From positions 320,001 through 384,000 of the forward strand of contig OZ244170.1 in assembly GCA_965216565.1 (NCBI GenBank): a stretch of DNA of 64,000 nt, in the 5' to 3' direction. Made by a program: the position numbers and the translations under genes. Below are positions 13,120 to 22,881 of this stretch, piece after piece (the first letter of the stretch is position 1; each line of letters opens with the position of its first letter). The notes under the pieces were generated by a model. The model had not been told where the DNA came from. It saw nothing but the letters and a program-made list of their open reading frames with translations, and did not search any database. The DNA comes from Bythopirellula sp. GTDB lineage: Bacteria; Planctomycetota; Planctomycetia; Pirellulales; Lacipirellulaceae.

Positions 13120-14562
13120 ATGCGCGATCAGGTACTTCTCTATCTTAATGGCCGTCGTCACATGGTTGATTCGGCCGATGCCGCGCTTTCGCTGTCGGAT
13201 TATCTGCGTTACAGGCAAAGACTCACCGGCACCAAGATTGTCTGTAGCGAGGGCGACTGCGGTGCCTGTAGCGTCCTGGTAGGACGGCCTAAGAACGGTC
13301 GTCTGGAATATCAAAGTGTCGACTCTTGTATCTTGTTTGTCTTTCAACTCGAAGGGGCCCATGTGGTTTCGATCGAGGGGCTCCAGCAGGATGGTCAGTT
13401 AACGCCCGTACAACAAGCGATGGTCGACTGCCATGGTTCGCAATGCGGTTTCTGCACGCCCGGCTTCGTGACCACAATGACCGGCATGCTGGAAAATCGA
13501 CCGCAACTCGACGATGCCGACATGCGCTGCGGACTCACTGGTAACCTCTGCCGTTGTACTGGCTACACATCGATCCTCGATGCGGGTCGGGCCGTGGCGC
13601 AGGACGAGCATAAACGGCTGGAAGAGCTTTATCCCTCCGCAGAAATGATTGCCGACTTTGAGCAACATGCCGACGACGAAATTGCCTTGAGTCATACTTC
13701 GCCTGAGACTGCGCACAAAATTAATCTGCCGCGAACGCTCTCCGAAGCTCTTAAGACGTTGGCAGATCACCCCAAGTCGACCATCATCGCAGGGGCGACG
13801 GATTTGGGTGTACGAATTAATAAAACACGCAATTTCCCCACTACGGTTCTGGACCTAAACCGAGTGAGCGAACTACAGCAAATCACCGTTGCAGACCATC
13901 AGTTAGAGCTTGGTGCTCGTGTCAGTTGGACTGCGATGGAAGAGATTTGTGCGGCGAACATTCCACAGTTCGAAGGAATCGTTTCAGTCTTTGGTTCGCC
14001 CCAGATTCGAAACATGGGCACCCTGGGTGGCAACATCATTAATGCCTCTCCCATTGCCGATTCACTACCTTTACTCCACGTGATGCATGCCGAGCTAGAG
14101 TTGGCGTCGGCCGACGGAACCCGGCGAGTCGATATCAACGATTTCTACCAGGATTACAAACAGTTTGATCTTCATCCAGGCGAGATGCTTACCAAAATCG
14201 TCTTGCCACTGCCTGACGAATCAGAACTACTCAGGCTCTACAAAATCTCCCGTCGGCGGGATTTGGATATCTCCAGCTTTACCGCCGCCATCCGGATGCA
14301 GGTCGAGGGCGGCACGATTTCGTCCGTTGCGATCGCCTACGGTGCGGTGGGGCCCATCATCCTCCGTTTATCACAGACTGAAGCCTTCCTCACCGGGCAA
14401 TCCTTTTCTGAAGAGACTATGTATGCGGCGGGCGATATTGCGGTTTCAGAAATTACACCCATCAGTGATGTCCGCGGGTCGGCCGACTATCGCTATCAAC
14501 TCGCACGCAATGTATTGCTAAAATTTTATCACGAACATCAGCCAGCCGTGTTGGTTGCCTAA
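13120..14562 (+). CDS. xdhA: Xanthine dehydrogenase small subunit (2Fe-2S + FAD)
   Basis: GTKIVCSEGDCGAC, QCGFCTPG, GNLCRCTGY, AGATD, QIRNMGTLGGN, SPIADS, DVRGSADYR. Confidence 0.93.
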   Translation: MRDQVLLYLNGRRHMVDSADAALSLSDYLRYRQRLTGTKIVCSEGDCGACSVLVGRPKNGRLEYQSVDSCILFVFQLEGAHVVSIEGLQQDGQLTPVQQAMVDCHGSQCGFCTPGFVTTMTGMLENRPQLDDADMRCGLTGNLCRCTGYTSILDAGRAVAQDEHKRLEELYPSAEMIADFEQHADDEIALSHTSPETAHKINLPRTLSEALKTLADHPKSTIIAGATDLGVRINKTRNFPTTVLDLNRVSELQQITVADHQLELGARVSWTAMEEICAANIPQFEGIVSVFGSPQIRNMGTLGGNIINASPIADSLPLLHVMHAELELASADGTRRVDINDFYQDYKQFDLHPGEMLTKIVLPLPDESELLRLYKISRRRDLDISSFTAAIRMQVEGGTISSVAIAYGAVGPIILRLSQTEAFLTGQSFSEETMYAAGDIAVSEITPISDVRGSADYRYQLARNVLLKFYHEHQPAVLVA

Positions 14563-14590
14563 CCCCATTTAGATTGAAGAGCCAGAATTA

Positions 14591-16936
14591 ATGCCCTCCG
14601 TCGGATCCCCATTGCCGCACGATGCTGCCCATGGCCATGTTACCGGGCAGGCGCCTTACTTGGACGATCTTCGTTGCCTTGAAGGTGAATTGCACGTGGG
14701 TTTTGTCGGGAGCCCTGTGGCCTGTGGCGATCTGCTGGGTATCGATCTCACCGAAGCCGCAGCAGTGCCCGGCGTGGTGGGGTGCTACACGGCCGAAGAT
14801 GTCGAAGGTCACAACATTTTTGGTCTGGTCGTGGCAGACGAACCGTTCCTAGCCCAAGGCAATCTGCTGTATATGGGGCAGCCAGTGGCGATTATCGCTG
14901 CTGAAACGCGCGATGCTCTAGATCGTGCTCGCAAACTGGCGAAGGTTGACTATCGCGAGACGAAGCCGCTTCTCGACTTGGAAGAAGCAATCCGCAACGA
15001 ACGGTTCCTAGGATCCGTGCTTCGCATTGCTCGGGGCGACGCCGACCAGGCCCTGGAAAATTCGGAGCACCGCATTTCCGGCACGTTCACCAGCGGCGGA
15101 CAAGAACAGTTTTATCTGGAGTCGCAAGCCGCGATTGCCTATCCCGGCGAGCAAGGGCAGATGGTTGTTCACTCGTCCACTCAGAATCCCACCGAGATTC
15201 AAATTGTGGTGGCGGAGGTTTTGGGCCTGGGGCAACACGAAGTTGTTTGCATCTGCAAGCGAATGGGGGGGGCATTCGGCGGCAAGGAAACGCAGGCCGC
15301 CATTCCTGCCCTAATGGCCGCACTGGTGGCCCAAAAGACGGGCCGGCCCGCACGTGTAATTTACAACAAAGACGACGACATGTGCGTCACCGGCAAACGG
15401 CACCAATATCTGACCCGTTGGGAAGTAGGCTTCGATGGCGAGGGGCGGATTCAAGCGTTACGCTGCAATTACTTCTCCAACGGCGGAGCTTCCACGGACC
15501 TCTCGCCTCCGGTCATGGAGCGTACTTTGCTCCACGCCGATAATGCCTATTATTTTCCGAACGTCGAACTGAATGGTCGGATTTGCTTTACCAATATCCC
15601 CCCGAATACCGCGTTCCGCGGATTTGGTGGTCCTCAGTCGATGGCCGTTACGGAGAACGTCCTCGAATCGATCGCCCAACATTTGGGCCGCGACCCCTAC
15701 GACATCCGACTGGCGAATCTCTACGGCGTCGGCGAACGCAACATCACACCTTATGGGCAGGTTTTTGAGAAAAACCATTTGCCGGAAATCTTCGCTACTC
15801 TCGCCGCCCAGTCGCACTACAAGCAACGGCGGAAAGAGATCGCAAACTTCAATGCAAACTCGCAGCTACAATTGCGGGGCTTAGCAATGACTGGGGTGAA
15901 ATTTGGGATTTCGTTCACCACCAAATTTCTGAACCAAGGGAACGCCTTAGTCAATATTTACACCGACGGTACAATTCAAGTTTCCACTGGTGCCACGGAG
16001 ATGGGGCAGGGCGTGAATGTCAAGATTCGCCAATTGGTGGCGGATGAGTTTGGCATCGATCCCCACTTTGTCGTGGTGATGCCCACGAGTACAGAGAAGA
16101 ACAACAACACCTCGCCGACCGCCGCATCAGCCAGTACCGATCTCAACGGTGCCGCGGCAGTCAATGCATGTCAGCAAATCCGCAATCGTTTAGAAGAGTT
16201 CGCCGCCGAACGTCTGTCCGATATCGATGCCGGATTGCAGGCATCTCCCCGCCACATTGAGTTTGTCGGTGGTGAAGTTTACGACAGTCGCCGGCCCCAG
16301 GTGAAAGTACCATTCCCCCAGCTGTGTGCTGACGCTCGATGCGCACGCGTGGACTTAGGAGCCCGCGGATTCTTCGCCACACCAGGCGTCGATTTCAATC
16401 GAGAAACGGGACGTGGAACACCGTTCTTCTATTACACTCAGGGAGCAGCAGCCGCAGAGGTTGTGATTGATCGCTTTACCGGCGAATTGCAAGTCAAACG
16501 CGTTGATCTCTTGATCGACATTGGCGAGTCGATCAACCCGGGTGTCGATCGCGGACAGGTAATTGGTGGATTTGTCCAAGGCATGGGCTGGGTCACTACC
16601 GAAGCGCTTATTTACGGTGATGGCGGGGAACTGCTGTCCCACTCGCCAACGACCTACAAAATTCCTGCCATTACCGATGTGCCCACAGAATTCAATGTTG
16701 CCACGTTCGACAACCCAGATAACGTGCGGAACATCCGCCGCAGCAAGGCGGTGGGTGAACCACCACTGATGATGGGCATCTGCGTCTGGGCCGCCGTGAA
16801 AGATGCGCTCTGGCATCTTGGGGCAGAGAACATGGACGATCTGCAGCTTCCCGCCACAGGAGAAGAAATACTGCGCTGCCTCTCCTCGGCCACAAACACA
16901 ACTGCCCCTTCGGAATCGAATATCGCGACTAAATAG
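14591..16936 (+). CDS. xdhB: Xanthine dehydrogenase molybdopterin-binding subunit
   Basis: GGQEQFYLE, RMGGAFGGKETQ, AFRGFGGPQ, TEMGQG, SPTAAS, SKAVGEPP. Confidence 0.95.
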   Translation: MPSVGSPLPHDAAHGHVTGQAPYLDDLRCLEGELHVGFVGSPVACGDLLGIDLTEAAAVPGVVGCYTAEDVEGHNIFGLVVADEPFLAQGNLLYMGQPVAIIAAETRDALDRARKLAKVDYRETKPLLDLEEAIRNERFLGSVLRIARGDADQALENSEHRISGTFTSGGQEQFYLESQAAIAYPGEQGQMVVHSSTQNPTEIQIVVAEVLGLGQHEVVCICKRMGGAFGGKETQAAIPALMAALVAQKTGRPARVIYNKDDDMCVTGKRHQYLTRWEVGFDGEGRIQALRCNYFSNGGASTDLSPPVMERTLLHADNAYYFPNVELNGRICFTNIPPNTAFRGFGGPQSMAVTENVLESIAQHLGRDPYDIRLANLYGVGERNITPYGQVFEKNHLPEIFATLAAQSHYKQRRKEIANFNANSQLQLRGLAMTGVKFGISFTTKFLNQGNALVNIYTDGTIQVSTGATEMGQGVNVKIRQLVADEFGIDPHFVVVMPTSTEKNNNTSPTAASASTDLNGAAAVNACQQIRNRLEEFAAERLSDIDAGLQASPRHIEFVGGEVYDSRRPQVKVPFPQLCADARCARVDLGARGFFATPGVDFNRETGRGTPFFYYTQGAAAAEVVIDRFTGELQVKRVDLLIDIGESINPGVDRGQVIGGFVQGMGWVTTEALIYGDGGELLSHSPTTYKIPAITDVPTEFNVATFDNPDNVRNIRRSKAVGEPPLMMGICVWAAVKDALWHLGAENMDDLQLPATGEEILRCLSSATNTTAPSESNIATK

Positions 16937-16987
16937 GTTAGATTTCTGTCGCACCGTTTCCCCACTCTGTCCCTCGGACTCTCACGT

Positions 16988-17800
16988 ATGCCAGCAGGTC
17001 ATGGATTTGTCGAACGGCTTGCCGAACTCACTCGGACCGGCGTCCCCTGCGCCAGCGTCACTCTAGTTCAGGCAATTGGCAGCACACCCCAGGACGCAGG
17101 AAGCAAGATGCTGGTCACCGCCGCGGGGCTTTCCAGTGGTACCGTTGGTGGCGGCAAGGTCGAGTTCAAAGCCTTGGAGCATGCCCAGCAAATGCTCGCC
17201 CACACGGGTCCCGAAGCACTTGCCAACGAACTGGTCGAGTGGAACCTGCAAAACGATGTTGGCATGACTTGTGGTGGCGTCGTGAAACTTTACTTCGAGA
17301 CTTACAATCTTTGCGATTGGCAGATCGTTGTGTTTGGTGCGGGCCACGTTGCGGCAGCGCTCATTCACTGTCTAGCACAGCTAGATTGCCGAGTGACCTG
17401 CATCGACCCCAGGCAAGAGTGGCTCGAAAAAATCCCCGAGCATCCCTCGCTCACCAAACTATGCGAACCCGATACGCGCTCGCGAGTCGCAGAGTTGCAG
17501 GACAGATCATTCGTCCTCTGCATGACGATGGGCCATGGCACCGACCGGCCCATTTTGGAAGAAATCTTTCAGCAAGAGCGAAAGTTCCCGTTCCTGGGAG
17601 TCATCGGCAGCAAGGCCAAACGCTCTGTCCTCAAGCGAGAATTGCTCGAGGCTAAGATTCCTGAACAGTCCATCGACACCATCCACTGCCCCATTGGTTT
17701 GCCGATTGGCACTAATCAGCCTGGGGAAATCGCGGTAAGTATTACCGCCCAACTAATCCAGCAACGCGACCAATGGCGCGCCACTGCCGATAAGGTGTAG
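16988..17800 (+). CDS. xdhC: Xanthine dehydrogenase accessory (Moco insertion) protein
   Basis: GSTPQDAGSKM, GTVGGG, MTCGG, FGAGHV, GVIGSKAK, CPIGL; follows xdhAB. Confidence 0.92.
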   Translation: MPAGHGFVERLAELTRTGVPCASVTLVQAIGSTPQDAGSKMLVTAAGLSSGTVGGGKVEFKALEHAQQMLAHTGPEALANELVEWNLQNDVGMTCGGVVKLYFETYNLCDWQIVVFGAGHVAAALIHCLAQLDCRVTCIDPRQEWLEKIPEHPSLTKLCEPDTRSRVAELQDRSFVLCMTMGHGTDRPILEEIFQQERKFPFLGVIGSKAKRSVLKRELLEAKIPEQSIDTIHCPIGLPIGTNQPGEIAVSITAQLIQQRDQWRATADKV

Positions 17801-17955
17801 CGGACAGGCAAGATTTGCCCGTCGATACCACAAACATCTTGTGCAGTTAGGTTCCGCAGGCGCTTCTCATTGCTAGCGAAGCCAGTTAGAATCGGTGATA
17901 GTCTCGCACACCGCTTTTTCACTCCCCAATCTGGCCCTCATTCCGGAGCATTCAG

Positions 17956-18651
17956 ATGGCGACCCAAGCGCCCATGGCTTCACCGAAATCCGACTCTCAG
18001 GCGAAGGATAATTTTGTGTCTGGTGTAGTTCCCGTCGATCATCCGTTAGTCCAATACCACGTCACAAAGTTGCGCGATCAAGCGACAAAGCCGGCCGAAT
18101 TTCGAAATTCGGTACGCTGCTTGGCTGAGTTGATGGCCTACGAAGCGACGAAAGATTTGCCAATCGTCACCAAGAAGGTGCAAACTCCGCTTGCCGAAAC
18201 CGATGGTGCCAAGATCGACGGTCGTGTCGGCATCGTTCCTATTTTGCGAGCTGGACTTAGCATGGTCGATCCAGTGCTCGACCTTGTGCCTACCTCCGAA
18301 GTTTGGCATTTAGGTTTGTACCGCGACGAGGAAACTGCCCGCCCAGTTCGTTACTATGACAAACTGCCCGAGAAGCGCCCCGTAGATATCGCACTGATCG
18401 TCGATCCGATGCTAGCCACCGGTGGTTCAGTGACTGCGGCGTTGCAGTCGCTCCGCGAGTGGGGAGTGCCGCGTGTGAAGGTGCTCTCGCTAATTGCCTC
18501 GCAAGAAGGTGTCGACGTTGTCTCTTCTCAGTTCCCCGAGGCACAGATCTACGTCTGTCAGATCGATCCAGTCTTGAACGAGAACAAATTCATCGTGCCC
18601 GGTCTCGGCGATGCGGGTGACCGAATTTTCAACACGGTCGATCCGAGCTAG
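17956..18651 (+). CDS. upp: Uracil phosphoribosyltransferase
   Basis: VPILRAGL, VDPMLATGGS, IVPGLGDAGDR. Confidence 0.96.
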   Translation: MATQAPMASPKSDSQAKDNFVSGVVPVDHPLVQYHVTKLRDQATKPAEFRNSVRCLAELMAYEATKDLPIVTKKVQTPLAETDGAKIDGRVGIVPILRAGLSMVDPVLDLVPTSEVWHLGLYRDEETARPVRYYDKLPEKRPVDIALIVDPMLATGGSVTAALQSLREWGVPRVKVLSLIASQEGVDVVSSQFPEAQIYVCQIDPVLNENKFIVPGLGDAGDRIFNTVDPS

Positions 18652-18656
18652 GCAAC

Positions 18657-19964
18657 ATGGAACTCAACTTTCCCATCTTGTTAGCCGCAGCAGACGATGT
18701 CGCGGCTACCACCGAATCGATCCCACTCTCCGAACGTCTTGTTAGCGTTCTGGGTTTAATTGTGATTATCGGCCTGGCTTGGCTGATGAGTTCCAATAAG
18801 AAGCGTTTTCCTATGCGGATTGTGCTCTCTGGGCTTGCTCTGCAATTCGCTTTTGCGGTGATCATCCTCCGCACGAAGCCAGGGAAATGGATTTTTCAAG
18901 GCGTAAATACCGTTTTCGTCAGCTTGCTCGATTGCGTGCAAGCCGGTTCTGAGTTTGTCTTCGGAGAGAACTTCTACGAGCACTTTTTCGCTTTCAAAGT
19001 TTTGCCGACGATTATCTTTTTCTCGGCGCTGATGTCTGTATTTTACTATTACGGCGTCATTCAGAAGGTGGTTGGGGTATTTGCCACGGTCATGCAGAAA
19101 ACACTGGGCACTTCGGGGGCGGAGACGCTCTCTGCGGCGGCCAACGTGTTTGTAGGACAAACGGAGGCCCCGCTCGTAATTCGCCCGTATATCAGCTCGA
19201 TGACCACGTCAGAGCTCAATGCCGTCATGGTCGGCGGATTTGCCACCATGGCCGGTGGCGTGCTGGGAGCGCTTTCTGAAATGGGCATTCCCGCGGGGCA
19301 CTTGCTCTCGGCCTCGGTGATCTCTGCACCAGGAGCGTTACTACTCGCAAAAGTCATGCAGCCAGAAACAGAGACTCCCAAAACAATGGGCACCGTCTCT
19401 ATCGATGTCGAAGAGAAAAGCACCAACGTGCTGGAAGCGATTGCCGTCGGCACCACCGGGGGAATGAAGCTGGCCCTCAACGTCGGTGCCATGCTCATAG
19501 TTTTCTTGGCGATGATTACGCTGGTGAATATGATCGTTGGCTGGGTGGGAGTTCAACTCAATCAAGTTGCCGATGATGGCACGAGCCTGTGGTCGTTGGA
19601 GGCCGCCTTGAGCTATCTGTTCTATCCCATGGCTTGGCTGATTGGCATTGAGTCGGGCGACTGCAAACGGGCCGGCGAATTGATGGGTCTCAAGATGGCC
19701 ACCAACGAATTCGTCGCCTACGGACGTCTTGCCGAATGGGGAACCGAGGACAGCACCGTTCAAATTAGCCAACGCACTCGAGACATCATGACTTATGCCC
19801 TGTGCGGTTTCGCCAACTTCAGCTCGATCGGTATCCAACTGGGCGGCATCGGCGGCATCGCTCCCGATCGTCAGGGCGACCTCGCTCGGTTAGGACTGCG
19901 GGCAATGCTGGGGGGAACTATGGCCGCATTTATGACTGCCTGCATTGCGGGCTTATTACTATAA
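18657..19964 (+). CDS. nupC: Concentrative nucleoside transporter (CNT/NupC family)
   Basis: FAFKVLPTIIFFS, NVFVGQTEAP, NEFVAY, LCGFANFSSIGIQ; multiple TM helices. Confidence 0.92.
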   Translation: MELNFPILLAAADDVAATTESIPLSERLVSVLGLIVIIGLAWLMSSNKKRFPMRIVLSGLALQFAFAVIILRTKPGKWIFQGVNTVFVSLLDCVQAGSEFVFGENFYEHFFAFKVLPTIIFFSALMSVFYYYGVIQKVVGVFATVMQKTLGTSGAETLSAAANVFVGQTEAPLVIRPYISSMTTSELNAVMVGGFATMAGGVLGALSEMGIPAGHLLSASVISAPGALLLAKVMQPETETPKTMGTVSIDVEEKSTNVLEAIAVGTTGGMKLALNVGAMLIVFLAMITLVNMIVGWVGVQLNQVADDGTSLWSLEAALSYLFYPMAWLIGIESGDCKRAGELMGLKMATNEFVAYGRLAEWGTEDSTVQISQRTRDIMTYALCGFANFSSIGIQLGGIGGIAPDRQGDLARLGLRAMLGGTMAAFMTACIAGLLL

Positions 19965-20024
19965 TTCAATTGACTAAGCTCGATTGATTTGCATTCACAT
20001 TCCTGGGAAAGGATCATATTCCAG

Positions 20025-20579
20025 ATGAAAATCTTGCTAGACAAAGAGGCTCTCCACGATGGCGTTTCTCGCATGGCACAAAATATCGAAACCGACTACG
20101 AGGGTCGCCACCTGACCATCGTCGGCGTACTCACCGGTAGTGTCGTCTTGCTAGCCGACTTGATCCGCCTCATCGATCAGCCAATGCGAGTGGGAGTGAT
20201 TCAGGCCAGCAGCTATCGGGGCGCAACTACCGAACGTGGCGAACTTATCATCAATTCCGAGCTGATGCTCGACATCAAGGGCCGCGATGTGCTACTGGTC
20301 GACGATATTTTCGATACCGGCCATACGCTTTCTCAGGTAGTAGAGAAGCTACAAGAGTTTGAGCCTTCGTCCGTTCGCTCGGCGGTTTTGCTTCGCAAAG
20401 AAGGTCGCCAGGAAGTCGAGTACGAACCCGACTTTGCGGCATTCCATATTCCAGATGAGTTTGTTGTCGGCTATGGCCTCGATTACGAAGACATGTACCG
20501 CAATCTGCCTTATCTGGGGTCGTTGGAAGACGAGGACCTCAAACGCCACGCCGCCGAGCACGCCACAGCCCAACAGTAG
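20025..20579 (+). CDS. hpt: Hypoxanthine phosphoribosyltransferase
   Basis: VLLVDDIFDTGHTL PRPP loop, FVVGYGLDY...YRNLPY. Confidence 0.95.
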   Translation: MKILLDKEALHDGVSRMAQNIETDYEGRHLTIVGVLTGSVVLLADLIRLIDQPMRVGVIQASSYRGATTERGELIINSELMLDIKGRDVLLVDDIFDTGHTLSQVVEKLQEFEPSSVRSAVLLRKEGRQEVEYEPDFAAFHIPDEFVVGYGLDYEDMYRNLPYLGSLEDEDLKRHAAEHATAQQ

Positions 20580-20728
20580 CTGAACGTGGGCTCTTGGCTT
20601 CCAGGGCAGAGGCTAGGAGTCTCCGCAGGCGGAACGCCGGGACTAAGGGGAAGTTGTTAGCCATTGAGTTAGGCTCTGAAACGAGGCCGTGTCAGTCCCG
20701 ACATCGGGGTGCCATGAGGAACACAGCA

Positions 20729-20917
20729 CCAACCTAATGGGGGCGGGATTGACCTCAGCCCCAATGGAGCCGGCATTCACCTCAGCTCTGATGAAGACGG
20801 CAATCACCTCAGCCCAGATAGGGGCGTCATTTACCCCATCTCTGATCGGAGCGGTATTCACCTCAGCCCCGATGGAGGTGACATTCACCTGAGCCCCGAT
20901 AGGGGCGGCATTCAATA
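20729..20917. repeat. Tandem array of 7 x 27-bp degenerate units, consensus ~CAGCCCCGATGGGGGCGGCATTCACCT
   Basis: Units start at 20729, 20756, 20783, 20810, 20837, 20864 and 20891, an exact 27-bp period with no spacers. Confidence 0.9.
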
Positions 20918-20978
20918 GCCCAGGGCGCAAGCCCTGGGTCTAGAATCTCGATAGTAAAAAAGCCCTGAAGGGGCGACA
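20892..20978. repeat. REP-like three-hairpin element
   Basis: GCCCC-GATA-GGGGC, CCCAGGGC-GCAA-GCCCTGGG and GCCCT-GAA-GGGGC hairpins between the convergent hpt and endonuclease genes. Confidence 0.7.
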
Positions 20979-20994
20979 CACTCTCCCTCTCCGA

Positions 20995-22854
20995 TCACGC
21001 GCGGCGACGCCCCCAAACACACAAGCCCACAAGCATCAGCAACGCTGATGCGGGTTCGGGTACCGTGGCAACTGCGGCCACCAGCGGAGCACTCTGCCCT
21101 CGCTGCTCCTGCCACATAAGAAAATCCATGCCATCGGTAACTCCATCGCCATTGGCATCCGATTCATCGTTCAGGCCGTAGTCGCCTTCCCATTGGGCAA
21201 GGTCGAGGTGGTCAACGAACGTGTCTTCGTTAAAGTCAGCCTCCAAAAAGTTGGGAGCTTCCACGACTCCAAACAATTGTAGTGATAGGGCGACAATCGA
21301 ATTCGCGCCGGAGAGGTCTTCGTCCGAGAATTGCAACACATAAGTGGCCGCGTAATTACCTGCAACTGAGGCATCGAACATGGCGTTGTAATCGTTGTTC
21401 AATCCAGGGGAAAGCGCAGATCCGCCGGTGAATGTGGTCAGGTCGGTGGTGAGAACGCCGCTATCGCCAAAGGGTATGATTGCATCGAGTTCTAAATCCG
21501 CAGTGAATCCCGCGGTCGATTCGAGGTTGAAAACATCGAAATCAATCGTAGGCACAGTACTGCCGAGAGTGACGGTGCCAAAATCGACCATTAGCGAAGC
21601 GCTGCTGGTCGTGCTGGTCCAGGAAGGGGTGGCGTGATCGAGCACTTCGAAATTGAGATTGATCGTGTCGTTGCCATCATTGGCCCCGCGGCCCGTGCCG
21701 CCGGATGTGGTCACGTCCAGGTTATCAATTACTACGCTCCCTGACTGCGCGCCTGCGGATGCCGTCGAAACGTTATCCAGCCCAACCGTGAGGCTACGGC
21801 TGTCTGTGCCGGAACCGTTGATAGCAAACGCGTTGTAGCGTCCTGTGACCGACGAAGTGGCGTCGCCCGAAGCGGTGATTTCGTAGTAAGTGCCATCGTT
21901 GCCATTCTTGTTGAGCGTTACATTCTGAGTGCCAGAAGGAGCGCTTCCTCCGACTATGACCGACCCAAAATCTAGGTCCAATGTCGAACTTCCATCGGAC
22001 GCCGGCGAGCCACCCACATAGAGCTGGCTGTCATTTTGCTGATCTTTAAAAACAGACCAAACGAATTCGGGACGATCGACATAGGGAATGCGATTGCCTT
22101 GGTAGTTGTCGTAAATGATGTCATTGCGACGAAGTTCAAAATCGTCGGGCACAGCTTCGTAGTGCCATTCAACAAGTCGATCGAGATTGCCGAGAAAACG
22201 ATCGTTGGTGGAAGGATTCCCGGAGACCAACTCCAAGTCTTCCGTGGAAGAGTCAGACCCATCGTAACGTGTGGCGACATAGAACTGTTGCCTCGCGATC
22301 ATGCCCGCATCTGCGTCACCTGGGTACCAATAGTCGTTGCCGGATTCACTTATCTCTCCGAACGACTGGCCAAACGCACCACCAAAGTTGAGATTGCCCC
22401 GATTACTATTCACTTGGGGATCGGAGGGTCGCAGTTGATGCAGGTCGCTGTTGTCGTCACCTGAGGAACCGATACCTCGGCTCCTGGGCCAGGTGTGCTC
22501 GCGGTTCCAAGAGCTACCGCTATCCCAGCCAGGGATACTTCCACCCGGGTTGATGGCAGAGACATCCAAGGAAACTCGATCGTATACCAACAACATCCGA
22601 TCGGAGTCGCTGGGATCTTCGTCTGTCACTTGCAGGATCGATCGAGCAGCATTGTACGAGAAAAACGTATGGTTATCGATGATGTTATGCAGTTGGCTCT
22701 TTAGCGTTGAGCCCGTCCCGGTCGCCGAATTGTAGTAGTTGGCGGGCGGGTCGTAGGGACCAGCTAGGGCATGGCTAGAAAGCAGCACTATGCTACTCAA
22801 GACCCCGAATCCTAAGGTTCGAATGCTAAGCGAGTGTCGCCTGTATTTTGTCAT
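20995..22854 (-). CDS. Surface endonuclease I (His-Me finger) with dockerin-like domain and PEP-CTERM anchor
   Basis: Signal peptide; WNREHTWPRSRG...DLHQLRPSDPQVNSNRGN; RRNDIIY..YQGNRIPYVDRPE; ADFNED...DANGDG; VPEP + TM + RRR. Confidence 0.9.
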   Translation of the reverse strand: MTKYRRHSLSIRTLGFGVLSSIVLLSSHALAGPYDPPANYYNSATGTGSTLKSQLHNIIDNHTFFSYNAARSILQVTDEDPSDSDRMLLVYDRVSLDVSAINPGGSIPGWDSGSSWNREHTWPRSRGIGSSGDDNSDLHQLRPSDPQVNSNRGNLNFGGAFGQSFGEISESGNDYWYPGDADAGMIARQQFYVATRYDGSDSSTEDLELVSGNPSTNDRFLGNLDRLVEWHYEAVPDDFELRRNDIIYDNYQGNRIPYVDRPEFVWSVFKDQQNDSQLYVGGSPASDGSSTLDLDFGSVIVGGSAPSGTQNVTLNKNGNDGTYYEITASGDATSSVTGRYNAFAINGSGTDSRSLTVGLDNVSTASAGAQSGSVVIDNLDVTTSGGTGRGANDGNDTINLNFEVLDHATPSWTSTTSSASLMVDFGTVTLGSTVPTIDFDVFNLESTAGFTADLELDAIIPFGDSGVLTTDLTTFTGGSALSPGLNNDYNAMFDASVAGNYAATYVLQFSDEDLSGANSIVALSLQLFGVVEAPNFLEADFNEDTFVDHLDLAQWEGDYGLNDESDANGDGVTDGMDFLMWQEQRGQSAPLVAAVATVPEPASALLMLVGLCVWGRRRA

Positions 22855-22881
22855 TTGTACCGATCCTACTTGAATGGGTGC

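Noticed and set aside
20729..20917. CRISPR array
   Set aside because: Units are contiguous and similar along their whole length, with no unique spacers and no cas genes in the window.
20643..20930. 95-aa ORF with 9-aa repeats (APIGAEVN..), and the opposite-strand 67-aa ORF
   Set aside because: Explained by the 27-bp DNA repeat, with no convincing RBS; treated as non-coding unless translation is shown.
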